DNA of 64,000 bases from Opitutales bacterium (GCA_963692525.1 OY829953.1:2539604-2603603); one strand, 5' to 3'; shown: positions 11,107 through 20,576, counted from the stretch's first letter. The notes: generated by a model from the letters alone, not told the origin. Translations and numbers: made by a program.

Positions 11107-11658
11107 ATGCAAAATCCCGTATTAAAAACACAATATTTAGAAGTTGTCGTCCCTGCTATGATGAAGAGCCGGAGCTATAAAAATAAGCACCAGGTTCCAT
11201 CAGTCGAAAAGATTGTACTAAATTCTGGGATAAGTTCATTACTCGACAGAAATGCGATAGAAGAAACAGCTCGTGAAATGAGTATCCTTGCGGGTCAAAA
11301 CCCGATCATTACAAAAGCCCGTAAAAGTGTTGCTAACTTTAAGGTGCGTGAAGGTATGCCTCTGGGCGTAAAAGTAACTTTGCGTGGTAATCAATTGTAC
11401 GAATTCCTGTATCGACTTATTGGAATTGCCTTACCCGGTATTCGAGATTTCCGAGGCATCAGTGGCAAATTTGACGGACATGGTAATTACACGCTGGGCA
11501 TCACTGATATCACTATTTTTCCCGAAATAAATTCGGACACCCTTAAACGCGGTATGGGTATGGATCTAACGATTGTAACAAATACTAACGACGATAGTGA
11601 AGGTTATGAATTGCTAAAACTGTTGGGTATGCCATTTCGCGAAGGTAGCAATAACTGA
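11107..11658 (+). CDS. rplE: 50S ribosomal protein L5
   Basis: 183 aa; VPSVEKIVLNSGI, FRGISGKFDGHGNYTLGI, GMDLTIVT motifs. One of very few genes here with a GAGG element upstream. Confidence 0.96.
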   Translation: MQNPVLKTQYLEVVVPAMMKSRSYKNKHQVPSVEKIVLNSGISSLLDRNAIEETAREMSILAGQNPIITKARKSVANFKVREGMPLGVKVTLRGNQLYEFLYRLIGIALPGIRDFRGISGKFDGHGNYTLGITDITIFPEINSDTLKRGMGMDLTIVTNTNDDSEGYELLKLLGMPFREGSNN

Positions 11659-11682
11659 TTTTATCCCTAACTCGATTATACA

Positions 11683-11988
11683 ATGGCTAAGAAAGGAATG
11701 ATTGAACGCAATAAGAAGCGCGAGCGCTTGGTAGAAAAGCATGCGGCTTTACGTAGTGAACTCAAAAGCGTGTTGACTAATCCCAATACTACTGACGAGG
11801 AATTTTATCAGGCCCAGAGAAAGCTTGCGAAATTGCCGCGTAATTCCAGTAAAATACGTCTGCGTAATCGTTGTGCCGTGACTGGCCGTCCCCGCGCGTA
11901 TATGCGTAAATTTCGACTTTCACGCATCACTTTTAGGGAATTAGCTCTCCAGGGGAAAATTCCTGGAGTTACAAAATCTTCTTGGTAG
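11683..11988 (+). CDS. rpsN: 30S ribosomal protein S14 (long form, no zinc-binding cysteines)
   Basis: 101 aa; [28 protein letters not shown]...KSSW. Confidence 0.95.
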   Translation: MAKKGMIERNKKRERLVEKHAALRSELKSVLTNPNTTDEEFYQAQRKLAKLPRNSSKIRLRNRCAVTGRPRAYMRKFRLSRITFRELALQGKIPGVTKSSW

Positions 11989-12037
11989 TCATTATTTCCG
12001 TTATCTTATTATAAACACTTAGAATTGACACTACATC

Positions 12038-12427
12038 ATGGACAGGATCAGCGACTTTTTAACGATCATTCGCAATGCAAATCATGCTCATAAGGAGACA
12101 TGTTCGGCGCCGTATTCTAAAATCAATAGACATATAGTTGAGATAATGAAGAGCGAAGGCTTTATCCGTAATATAGACGAGGGAAAAGATGAGAAGGGTC
12201 ATAAGACGATTGTCATTATTATGAAGTATGTCGGTGAGCAATCTGCGATAAATAGTATCCAGAGATGGAGTAAACCAGGACGTCGACTTTATTATCAGCA
12301 TAGCGAAATTCCACGTGTTATGGGAGGACTAGGTCTCGGTATTATCACCACTTCGAAGGGGATTCTTAAAGATCGCGATGCTCGACGCCAGAAAGTCGGT
12401 GGGGAAATGATCTGTACGCTATGGTAA
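12038..12427 (+). CDS. rpsH: 30S ribosomal protein S8
   Basis: 129 aa; DFLTIIRNA, TTSKGILKDRDARRQKVGGEMICTLW. Confidence 0.96.
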   Translation: MDRISDFLTIIRNANHAHKETCSAPYSKINRHIVEIMKSEGFIRNIDEGKDEKGHKTIVIIMKYVGEQSAINSIQRWSKPGRRLYYQHSEIPRVMGGLGLGIITTSKGILKDRDARRQKVGGEMICTLW

Positions 12428-12448
12428 CGGCGATATTTTTTTATTACT

Positions 12449-12985
12449 ATGAGTAGAGTTGGCAAATTACCTATTAATCTTCCCGAAAAAGTTTCGATTT
12501 CGGTGGAAAAAAGTTTGGTTAAAGTTGAAGGACCAAAGGGGAAACTGGAAAAAGGATTTAATGCACCGGTAATGATTAAAGTGGATGATAGTGCAGTGAC
12601 GGTAAATCAAACGGACAGTAGTCGATTTGCTCAGGCAATGCAGGGTACAGCCAGGTCCATCATCGCTAATATGATTCATGGTGTCACTGAAGGCTATAGT
12701 AAGAATATTGAAATTAAAGGTGTCGGTTTTCGCGCTTCAGTTGAGGGTAGTAACCTCAATCTCAATATCGGTTACTCGCATCCAATCGATTATACAATTC
12801 CTGATGGTATTAACATAAGCGTTACAGATAATACCAAACTAAAAGTTGAGGGAATAGATAAACAGCTCGTCGGTGAAGTGTGTGCCAAACTCAAACGTTT
12901 TCATCCACCTGAACCCTACAAGGGCAAAGGTATTCACATTGAGGGGCAACATGTCCGACGTAAGGAGGGTAAAACCGTAGCTTAA
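12449..12985 (+). CDS. rplF: 50S ribosomal protein L6
   Basis: 178 aa; MSRVGKLPI start, GVGFRA, PEPYKGKGI motifs. Confidence 0.96.
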   Translation: MSRVGKLPINLPEKVSISVEKSLVKVEGPKGKLEKGFNAPVMIKVDDSAVTVNQTDSSRFAQAMQGTARSIIANMIHGVTEGYSKNIEIKGVGFRASVEGSNLNLNIGYSHPIDYTIPDGINISVTDNTKLKVEGIDKQLVGEVCAKLKRFHPPEPYKGKGIHIEGQHVRRKEGKTVA

Positions 12986-13006
12986 GAGTATGGTAGTTAA
13001 TATATT

Positions 13007-13369
13007 ATGGACTTATTAAAGAAAAAACAACTGAGGCAGAAGCGCATCTGGCGAATCCGCAAAAAAGTTAAAGGGACGGAATCAAGTCCTCGATTATGTG
13101 TTCACTTTAGTAACCAGCACATTTATGCCCAAGTGATAAATGACGATGCTGGTAAAACGGTGGTCTCGCTCAGTACATTGAATAAAGATGTGCGGTCAGA
13201 TAAATTGTCCAGTAATTTAGAAAGTGCTAAGAAACTCGGCCATCTTTTTGGAAAGAAAGCTAAAGAGGCTGGAGTGGCACGAGTCGTTTTTGATCGCAAC
13301 GGACGACTCTACCATGGTGCGATCAAGGCATTTGCCGATGCCACGCGAGAAGAGGGATTGGAATTTTAA
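13007..13369 (+). CDS. rplR: 50S ribosomal protein L18
   Basis: 120 aa; [48 protein letters not shown]. Confidence 0.96.
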   Translation: MDLLKKKQLRQKRIWRIRKKVKGTESSPRLCVHFSNQHIYAQVINDDAGKTVVSLSTLNKDVRSDKLSSNLESAKKLGHLFGKKAKEAGVARVVFDRNGRLYHGAIKAFADATREEGLEF

Positions 13370-13370
13370 T

Positions 13371-13877
13371 ATGAGTAATCAAACACAGAGGGACACACAT
13401 AAAGGAAACGACGAAGCTCCCGAGTTTACGGAAAAAGTCGTCCATATTAATCGCTGCGCTAAAGTAGTTAAAGGGGGGCGGCGATTCAGCTTTTCAGCCA
13501 CCGTTGTGGTTGGCGATCAACATGGTGATGTTGGAGTAGGCTACGGCAAGGCAAAAGAAGTACCCGAAGCCATAAGAAAGGGAACTGAGAGCGCCTATAA
13601 AAACCGAGCAAAAGTTTCATTACGGGAAGACACCATACCTCATCGTATAGTTGGTGTTCATGATGGCGGTCGTGTCCTACTACGGCCAGCGAGTCCCGGG
13701 ACGGGTATTATTGCTGGCGGTGGGGTAAGGGCAGTCCTCGAAGCAGCAGGAATTAAAGATATACTCTCTAAGTCCCTAGGGTCGAATAATCATGGTGCTG
13801 TAGTGAAGGCAACATTCAATGCCTTAAAGCAATTGCGTTCGAAAGAATCGTTAAGACAAATACGCGATGCGGATTAA
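13371..13877 (+). CDS. rpsE: 30S ribosomal protein S5
   Basis: 168 aa from the ATG at 13371 (MSNQTQR...); [19 protein letters not shown] motif. The longer ORF-track start at 13224 runs through rplR and is not credible. Confidence 0.94.
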   Translation: MSNQTQRDTHKGNDEAPEFTEKVVHINRCAKVVKGGRRFSFSATVVVGDQHGDVGVGYGKAKEVPEAIRKGTESAYKNRAKVSLREDTIPHRIVGVHDGGRVLLRPASPGTGIIAGGGVRAVLEAAGIKDILSKSLGSNNHGAVVKATFNALKQLRSKESLRQIRDAD

Positions 13878-13906
13878 CCGTACGCGATTTTTACTTTTTA
13901 ATAATA

Positions 13907-14413
13907 ATGCGCTTACATAATTTACCATCTAACGAAGGAGCCTCCCGCCCAAAGAAACGAGTTGGCCGCGGTCAAGGTTCAGGTCATGGCAAAACTGCCG
14001 GTAGAGGAATGAATGGGCAGAAATCCCGCTCTGGGGGAAGTATTCGACTCGGTTTTGAAGGTGGGCAAATGCCACTTTATCGAAAGCTTCCGAAGCGGGG
14101 ATTTAATAATAAAAAATTTTCTACTGTTTATGACATAGTAAATATAGGTGATCTAGCGAAGATTGAAGACGCTGAAGTCATAAATCGTGAGGCTTTGATC
14201 AAAGCCGGATTGATCCGCGGTAATTCCAAATTGATCAAGATCCTTGGCAGTGGCGAAACGGAAAAAGCGCTAAAAGTAGAAGCAGATAAATTTTCATCCT
14301 CCGCGCAAAAGAAAATAGAAGCTGCTGGCGGACAAACCATCACGCCAGATCCCCCAGCGAAGGCTCAGACCAAGGATAAGAGCAAAAAGAATGATTCTGC
14401 AGATAATGATTGA
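13907..14413 (+). CDS. rplO: 50S ribosomal protein L15
   Basis: 168 aa; KKRVGRGQGSGHGKTAGRGMNGQKSRSGG. About 25 aa of extra charged C-terminus. Only 29 nt after rpsE, so there is no rpmD. Confidence 0.95.
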   Translation: MRLHNLPSNEGASRPKKRVGRGQGSGHGKTAGRGMNGQKSRSGGSIRLGFEGGQMPLYRKLPKRGFNNKKFSTVYDIVNIGDLAKIEDAEVINREALIKAGLIRGNSKLIKILGSGETEKALKVEADKFSSSAQKKIEAAGGQTITPDPPAKAQTKDKSKKNDSADND

Positions 14414-14430
14414 GAAATTAAAATTGCGAC

Positions 14431-15933
14431 ATGATATCTGCGTTCACTAATTGCCTGAAGATTCCTGAACTTAGGCAGCGAATTTTATTTTCACTCGGGT
14501 TAATCTTTATTGCGCGCATTGGTGCGAATATTCCATTACCCGGACTTAATCCTCTTCCCCTCCAGAGCTTTTTTGCCGATCAAAGTGCAGCGGGTGGCGG
14601 CTCACTAATTGGTCTTTACAATATGTTTACTGGTGGCGCCTTACTGAAGGGCGCTGTTTGCGCTCTCGGTATCATGCCTTATATCAGCGCATCCATCATA
14701 TTCCAGTTAATGGGTGCCGTTGTCCCAACCCTGGCGCGACTGCAGCAGGAAGGAGAGATGGGTCGTCAAAAATTATCACAGTATACACGTTATGCCACGG
14801 TGTGTATTTGCCTTGTTCAGGGGACATTGTTGATCATGGCTCTAGAAAATCCTCAGCGCTTGTTCAATGGATTTACAATAGAAGAATATGGAAACATAGT
14901 TTTGGTCAGTCACGGATGGTTTCTCTTTACATCTGTCATCCTGCTTACTGCTGGTACCGTTCTTCTCATGTGGTTGGGAGAACAAATCACTCAACGTGGC
15001 ATAGGCAATGGAATTTCTCTGCTCATTACGGTTGGAATTCTCGCAGATCTTCCTGCCGCTGCTTCGCTCACTTACCGAATGTTCTTCGCTCCAGTCGGTG
15101 TTAAAAGTCTGGGTGTACCTGAAGCGATACTCATGATCGCATTACTTTTTTTCGCGATAGCTGGTATTGTTGCCATTACCCAGGCACAGAGAAAAATACC
15201 GGTTCAGTACGCTAAGCGCGTCGTCGGACGCCGTGTTTACGGAGGGCAGAGTTCATTCCTTCCGTTGAAAGTCAATTATTCTGGGGTCATGCCTATCATT
15301 TTTGCCAGTGCGATATTGCTTTTTATCCAGCAGATCTCAAGCTGGGCAGGGGCGGCAAGCGGTTGGCGTTTCATGTCTGACTTCTCGGGATTCTTTATGT
15401 TTGGGACCTGGCCCTATTATTGTACCTATGCAACGCTTATTCTTCTTTTCAGTTATTTCTGGGTATCTGTAATGTTTAAACCAATTCAAATAGCAGACGA
15501 TTTAAAGAAATCTGGTGGCTATATACCAGGAGTACGTCCGGGTGAACCTACAGCAAAGTTTCTCGATTACGTGATGACGCGTCTCACGTTGGCGGGTGCG
15601 GTATTTTTGACGATAATTGCTGTTTTTCCTGATTTTTTGCTTTATACTTATAAAATTCCCTATCAGGTCGCCCAATTTTTTGGTGGAACAGGGATGCTCA
15701 TTATAGTAGGCGTTTTATTAGATTCTCTCAGGCAAATTGAAACTTTTCTCCTGCAACGCCATTACGATGGATTTCTTAAAAAGGGACGAATCCGAGGGCG
15801 CAGTGTCGGTCGCACACGCCAATTGGTTGATACTTCTGAATTAAAAAGCGTTAGTATTTTGTGGGTCGCCCTCGGGGTTATGTTCATTGGGGGTATGATC
15901 GCGTGGCTTGCTCAAAATTACTTGATTAATTAG
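14431..15933 (+). CDS. secY: Preprotein translocase subunit SecY, with a 43-aa C-terminal extension containing an extra hydrophobic helix
   Basis: 500 aa; typical SecY multi-TM layout up to the usual C-terminal HYDGFLKKGRIRGR. The same frame then continues SVGRTRQLVDTSELKSVSILWVALGVMFIGGMIAWLAQNYLIN. Confidence 0.95.
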   Translation: MISAFTNCLKIPELRQRILFSLGLIFIARIGANIPLPGLNPLPLQSFFADQSAAGGGSLIGLYNMFTGGALLKGAVCALGIMPYISASIIFQLMGAVVPTLARLQQEGEMGRQKLSQYTRYATVCICLVQGTLLIMALENPQRLFNGFTIEEYGNIVLVSHGWFLFTSVILLTAGTVLLMWLGEQITQRGIGNGISLLITVGILADLPAAASLTYRMFFAPVGVKSLGVPEAILMIALLFFAIAGIVAITQAQRKIPVQYAKRVVGRRVYGGQSSFLPLKVNYSGVMPIIFASAILLFIQQISSWAGAASGWRFMSDFSGFFMFGTWPYYCTYATLILLFSYFWVSVMFKPIQIADDLKKSGGYIPGVRPGEPTAKFLDYVMTRLTLAGAVFLTIIAVFPDFLLYTYKIPYQVAQFFGGTGMLIIVGVLLDSLRQIETFLLQRHYDGFLKKGRIRGRSVGRTRQLVDTSELKSVSILWVALGVMFIGGMIAWLAQNYLIN

Positions 15934-16120
15934 CAGTTTTATATTGATTTCATAGTGCTAGTATTATTGATTTTCAGCTTCGATAAGCTTTATTAATATT
16001 TTTGTAGATCAATTAAATTACTAGCTGTTGAAAGCGCTAAGACTTTACTTGGAATTATAGTTTAACCAGCGCTTTTGGATCAGATTAAAGCAATATCATC
16101 AATTTACAGATACACCTTTA

Positions 16121-16888
16121 ATGATACCTGTTAAGTGTGAAGAGGAAATCGTTAAGATGCGAGAGGCCTGCCAAATTGCGGCGCAGGTCCTTGATAAGCT
16201 TTGCTCTAAAGTGGCTCCTGGAGTTAATACCTATGATATAGACCAGACAGGGAAGGAGTTAATAGCTAGCTTTGGCGCGGAAAGTGCCTGTTATAACTAC
16301 CACGTGGGTAAACGTAGTTTTCCCGCCTACACTTGTATTTCAGTAAACGAGGAAATTGTTCATGGAATTGGTTCGATGAAACGCGTTTTGAGAGCGGGGG
16401 ACAATATTACAATCGACGTAGTCGTCCTTTATAATGGATTTATCGGTGATAATGCACGGACCATTCTTATCAAACCAGTTAGCGAGGAAATGGAACATTT
16501 GGTTACTTCAACCGAGGCCGCATTATTTCACGGCATAAAACAAGCCCGATCGGGTAATCGGGTGGGGGACATTTCCCACTCTGTTCAGAAGTTTATTGAA
16601 TCGCGTGATTTAGCCATCGTCCGCGATTTCGTAGGACATGGTATCGGTCGCTTAATGCATGAGGATCCTCAGATTCCCAATTATGGGAAAAAGGGAATGG
16701 GGAGTAAACTGAGATCGGGCATGACGCTCGCAATTGAACCCATGGTAAATCTCGGAAAACCAGAGATCGAAGTTGCGCCCGATGGTTGGACAGCGTTGAC
16801 GCGTGACCGTAAGCCAGCAGCCCATTTTGAACACACGGTATTAATTACCGATAAAGGACCAGAAATATTGACAATTGCTAAAAATTAG
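16121..16888 (+). CDS. map: Methionine aminopeptidase, type I
   Basis: 255 aa; VHGIG, DFVGHGIG, EHTVLIT metal-ligand motifs. Confidence 0.94.
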   Translation: MIPVKCEEEIVKMREACQIAAQVLDKLCSKVAPGVNTYDIDQTGKELIASFGAESACYNYHVGKRSFPAYTCISVNEEIVHGIGSMKRVLRAGDNITIDVVVLYNGFIGDNARTILIKPVSEEMEHLVTSTEAALFHGIKQARSGNRVGDISHSVQKFIESRDLAIVRDFVGHGIGRLMHEDPQIPNYGKKGMGSKLRSGMTLAIEPMVNLGKPEIEVAPDGWTALTRDRKPAAHFEHTVLITDKGPEILTIAKN

Positions 16889-16963
16889 CTTTTCAATATC
16901 CTCTTTTTCATTATTTTAGCCCTCTTATCCCCTATTCATCTTTGTAAAATTTTATAAGTACTT

Positions 16964-17353
16964 ATGCCACGCTTACTTGGAGTAGACATTCCCGGAAATA
17001 AATCACTGCCTTATGCCCTGCGGTATATCTATGGTATTGGCCCCAAGATTGCGGATGATGTAATTGCAGCTGCTGAGATGGATTCTAGTCGTCGTGCTCA
17101 CGAACTCTCAGAAGAAGAAATTAATAAAATTGCGGGAATTATCGCAGATAAAAAACTGAAAGTTGAAGGTGACCTCCGACGCGATATAATGGGTAATTTA
17201 AAGCGCCTGCAGGCGATTAACTGCTATCGCGGTATTCGTCATCGGCGTGGATTGCCTGTAAATGGCCAACGCACGCAAAGTAATGCGAGGACGCGTAAAG
17301 GAAAGCGCAAAACAGTATCCGTCTCGAAAAAAGCTGATACCGAATCAAAGTAA
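16964..17353 (+). CDS. rpsM: 30S ribosomal protein S13
   Basis: 129 aa; MPRLLGVDIP start, YRGIRHRRGLPVNGQRT. Confidence 0.96.
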   Translation: MPRLLGVDIPGNKSLPYALRYIYGIGPKIADDVIAAAEMDSSRRAHELSEEEINKIAGIIADKKLKVEGDLRRDIMGNLKRLQAINCYRGIRHRRGLPVNGQRTQSNARTRKGKRKTVSVSKKADTESK

Positions 17354-17356
17354 ATC

Positions 17357-17941
17357 ATGAGCGACGAAAAACCAGAAAATCAACCGGAGGTCGAGAAGGA
17401 GAATGCGACACCTGCTCCTGAAGCGTCCGAAAAGCTCGAGAAAACGGAACCTAAAGATCAGAGCGATACTGAAAATAGCGAAGGCACGGAAAAAAAAGAG
17501 TCTGAAGAGGTAAAATCCAAGGCGCCATCGAGTGAAGATTTGCTGCGCGATGAATTAGCGGATGTTAAGATTCGTAAAGCTAAAGGTAGTAAAAATATTA
17601 CCAACGGTATCGTCCATATTCTAGCTACCTTCAATAATACAAAAGTCACTTTCACTGATGAACGAGGCAACGTAATTTCATGGTCTAGTGCGGGGAAATG
17701 TAATTTTAGAGGATCGCGAAAATCTACTGCTTATGCTGCTCAAATTGTTACTCAGGATGCTGGCCGTACAGCAATATCACATGGTTTGAAAGAAATAGCT
17801 GTACATGTTAAAGGTCCTGGGTTGGGTAGGGATTCCGCGATCCGCGCGCTGCAAGCTCTCGGTTTTATTGTTAACTCAATAATTGATGTAACTCCGGTAC
17901 CCCATAATGGGTGTCGCCCACCCAAAAGGCGTCGCGTCTAA
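17357..17941 (+). CDS. rpsK: 30S ribosomal protein S11 with a ~61-aa acidic N-terminal extension
   Basis: The C-terminal 130 aa are canonical S11 ([12 protein letters not shown]...GSRKST...[16 protein letters not shown]). The ATG is 3 nt after the rpsM stop, and the frame stays open through [16 protein letters not shown].... An alternative short form would need the TTG at 17540. Confidence 0.9.
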   Translation: MSDEKPENQPEVEKENATPAPEASEKLEKTEPKDQSDTENSEGTEKKESEEVKSKAPSSEDLLRDELADVKIRKAKGSKNITNGIVHILATFNNTKVTFTDERGNVISWSSAGKCNFRGSRKSTAYAAQIVTQDAGRTAISHGLKEIAVHVKGPGLGRDSAIRALQALGFIVNSIIDVTPVPHNGCRPPKRRRV

Positions 17942-17995
17942 TTCTCCCCTCTCGGCTTTTCGAGAACTTACGTCACTTAATTAAATTTACATAAT

Positions 17996-18604
17996 ATGGC
18001 TCGCTATACAGGTCCAACTACACGCATAAACAGGCGATTCGGGGAGGCTATATTCCCTCCTAATAAAGCATTTGAAAGAAAGCCTCATCCACCCGGAATG
18101 CATGGCCCGCGGATGCGTCGTAAAATTTCCGATTACTCACTGGCGCTTAAAGAAAAACAGAAACTTCGCTACACCTACGGTTTAACGGAAAAACAGTTTA
18201 GGTTAACATTTGAACGAGCAAAAAGAAAGCGTGGTATTACCGGTGATATTTTTCTGCAAATGTTAGAGACTCGACTTGACAATGTAGTCTATCTCCTGGG
18301 ATTTGCTAAGACGCGTCGTCAATCACGTCAATTTGTTGGCCATGGACATATTAAAGTTAATGGCCATAAAGTAGATATTTCAAGTTTTCAAGTTTCCCCC
18401 GGTGACGAGATCGAAGTTAAAGCGAGTACTTCTTCGCGGCAACTTGCCACACGCAGCCTTGATGAAACACGGATGCGCATGGCTCCTGCCTGGATGACTC
18501 GTCACGAGGATTCATTGCGAGCAGAAGTTAACCGGATGCCTACTCGCGAAGAAATCGAACCAGGTATTAATGAGCAGCTCATAGTCGAGTTTTACAGCCG
18601 TTAA
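17996..18604 (+). CDS. rpsD: 30S ribosomal protein S4
   Basis: 202 aa; MARYTGP start, S4 RNA-binding domain (RLDNVVYLLGFAKTRRQSRQFVGHGHIKVNG). Confidence 0.96.
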   Translation: MARYTGPTTRINRRFGEAIFPPNKAFERKPHPPGMHGPRMRRKISDYSLALKEKQKLRYTYGLTEKQFRLTFERAKRKRGITGDIFLQMLETRLDNVVYLLGFAKTRRQSRQFVGHGHIKVNGHKVDISSFQVSPGDEIEVKASTSSRQLATRSLDETRMRMAPAWMTRHEDSLRAEVNRMPTREEIEPGINEQLIVEFYSR

Positions 18605-18680
18605 TACTTCAGGTTTGGAAACGATCAAATTCAGAAATTAATTTTTTAAAATAAATATAAACTGGAACTATTGTCAGCAA

Positions 18681-19682
18681 ATGCCAATTAGATTAGGAAA
18701 ATTCGAATTACCAACGCGACTGATCAAGGACGAGGAGTCCGTGACCGACACTTACACGAAGTTCACTGCTGAGCCGTTTGAAACCGGCTACGGGCACACA
18801 ATTGGGAACTCATTGCGTCGCGTCTTATTGAGTTCAATTGAAGGTGCAGCTATCTCTTCGATCAAGATAGATGGCGTCGATCATGAATTTCAGAGTATTG
18901 ATGGCGTTGTCGAAGACGTAACTGATATCGTTTTAAACCTTAAAAAGGTGCTTATCAATTCGCATAAACGAGAGACGATCAAGTTACTCATTGATGTCGA
19001 CAAATCAGGAGCGGTTACCGCAGCTGATATTCAAGAGGATGCTAATATCGAAATTGTAAACCCGGACCAGGTTATTTGTACACTCGATACACAGAGACGT
19101 TTTTTGGCCGAATTGGAAATTAAAGTAGGGCGCGGATATTGTCCTGGTGAAGATAATAAAGAACCGGATCAGCCGATTGGAGTCATCGCTATCGATTCAC
19201 TCTTTAGTCCGGTAAAACTCGTTAAATATTCAGTTGAGAATACACGTGTCGGTCAGATGACTGACTTTGATAAGCTTATTCTCGAAGTCTGGACTGATGG
19301 ACGAATTAACCCTGAGGATGCTTTGAAGCAGTCAGCATCGATAATAAAACATCACCTCGACATTTTTGATCGCGTTAATGAGGAGAGTATCGAGTTTGAA
19401 AGTGAACAGGCGGAAGTGAGTGAAGAGCAGAATAAGCTCCGAAAACTGCTCAATATGAGTGTCAATGAGATTGAATTATCTGTTCGTGCCGCCAATTGCC
19501 TGAATAACGCGAATATCACAACAGTAGGTGAACTGGCAATGAAGAGTGAACAGGAAATGCTTAAATATCGCAATTTCGGTAAGAAATCGCTGAATGAAAT
19601 TAAAGCAAAACTGGAACAGCTCGGACTCTCTCTCGGTATGAAAATCGATGAGCGCTTGCTGGAAAACCGTAGCAACCTGTAA
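18681..19682 (+). CDS. rpoA: DNA-directed RNA polymerase alpha subunit
   Basis: 333 aa; GHTIGNSLRRVLLSS N-terminal-domain motif, C-terminal-domain motif IELSVRAANCLNNANITTVGEL. Confidence 0.96.
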   Translation: MPIRLGKFELPTRLIKDEESVTDTYTKFTAEPFETGYGHTIGNSLRRVLLSSIEGAAISSIKIDGVDHEFQSIDGVVEDVTDIVLNLKKVLINSHKRETIKLLIDVDKSGAVTAADIQEDANIEIVNPDQVICTLDTQRRFLAELEIKVGRGYCPGEDNKEPDQPIGVIAIDSLFSPVKLVKYSVENTRVGQMTDFDKLILEVWTDGRINPEDALKQSASIIKHHLDIFDRVNEESIEFESEQAEVSEEQNKLRKLLNMSVNEIELSVRAANCLNNANITTVGELAMKSEQEMLKYRNFGKKSLNEIKAKLEQLGLSLGMKIDERLLENRSNL

Positions 19683-19710
19683 TTTTCATGATCAATAATA
19701 GGTAATATAG

Positions 19711-20415
19711 ATGCGACACCTCAAGCATCGACATACTCTGGGCGTAACGAGCTCCCATCGCCTCGCGATGTTAGCTAATATGGCTTCATCGTTAATTGAA
19801 CATGGCAGAATCAAGACGACACTGACAAAAGCCAAAGCGTTGAGGCCCTTTATCGAAAAAATTATAACGCTCGCTATAAAAGCACAGAGCGCCCAACCGG
19901 AACGCGCGATTTACCTGCGTAGGTTAGCTTATGCCCGTTTGCGTAATCAAAAGGCAGTCAGGCTGCTCTTTAATGATAAAGTAAATGAATTTCTTAATCG
20001 ACCGGGTGGCTATTCACGCATCTATAAGCTTGGTACTCGTACTGGAGACGCCGCGGAGATGGCACTCATTGAGCTTATTCAAGCTTCAGATGAGGGATAT
20101 AAAACTTCCTCACGAAAAGGAAGGACGAAAAATAAAAAAACATCAGCGACAACAAGTGCCGCTCCCAGCACTCAAGAAAAAGAAGAACCTGTAACTAAAG
20201 AAGCAGAAGCTGAAAAACCAATCGCTGAAGAGAAGAAACCGAAGGTGACTAAGAAAAAATCGGTGACCGATAAAAAACCGGCTGTGAAAACCACGACAAA
20301 AAAATCAGCTAAAGAAGACGCTAAGAGTTCTGAAGCGAAAAAAAAGAAAACTAAAACGGTAACCGAGAAAGCAAGTGTTGCTAAGAAAGCTGCACCGAAG
20401 AAAAAGAAAAGCTGA
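19711..20415 (+). CDS. rplQ: 50S ribosomal protein L17 with a ~115-aa Lys/Ala/Thr-rich C-terminal tail
   Basis: The N-terminal ~120 aa are canonical L17 (MRHLKHRHTLG...GGYSRIYKLGTRTGDAAEMALIEL). A low-complexity tail follows (KKPKVTKKKSVTDKKPAVKTTTKKSAKEDAK...KKAAPKKKKS). Confidence 0.92.
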   Translation: MRHLKHRHTLGVTSSHRLAMLANMASSLIEHGRIKTTLTKAKALRPFIEKIITLAIKAQSAQPERAIYLRRLAYARLRNQKAVRLLFNDKVNEFLNRPGGYSRIYKLGTRTGDAAEMALIELIQASDEGYKTSSRKGRTKNKKTSATTSAAPSTQEKEEPVTKEAEAEKPIAEEKKPKVTKKKSVTDKKPAVKTTTKKSAKEDAKSSEAKKKKTKTVTEKASVAKKAAPKKKKS

Positions 20416-20443
20416 ATCTCGAACATTTATTTCCATTTTATGA

Positions 20444-20475
20444 AACGCGTCCTCTTTGGGACGCGTTAATTATTT
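20444..20475 (+). terminator. Rho-independent terminator candidate closing the ribosomal supercluster
   Basis: AACGCGTCC (20444-20452), loop TCTTTG, GGACGCGTT (20459-20467): 9-bp GC-rich stem followed by AATTATTTT. Lies 29 nt after the rplQ stop. Confidence 0.55.
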
Positions 20476-20576
20476 TAGACATACTCAGAGTAAATTAATT
20501 CAAAAGTGATTAATCTTCTCACGCTATGTTTCAAGTCTTTACAGATAGTCCTTTAACTAGAAAATGATAAAGCAAG

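Noticed and set aside
9737-13370. Extended ORF-track starts for rpmC (9737) and rpsE (13224)
   Set aside because: The extensions overlap the preceding ribosomal-protein genes and add non-homologous residues. The canonical N-termini begin at the ATGs at 9782 and 13371.
14658-15104. 148-aa ORF in an alternative frame within secY
   Set aside because: It is Arg/His/Cys/Trp-rich out-of-frame translation of a well-supported SecY gene, with no independent start context.
19352-20426. Antisense ORFs 19352-19675 and 20172-20426 opposite rpoA and rplQ
   Set aside because: The second is Phe-rich only because it is the complement of the AAA/AAG lysine codons of the L17 tail. Neither has any motif or start context.
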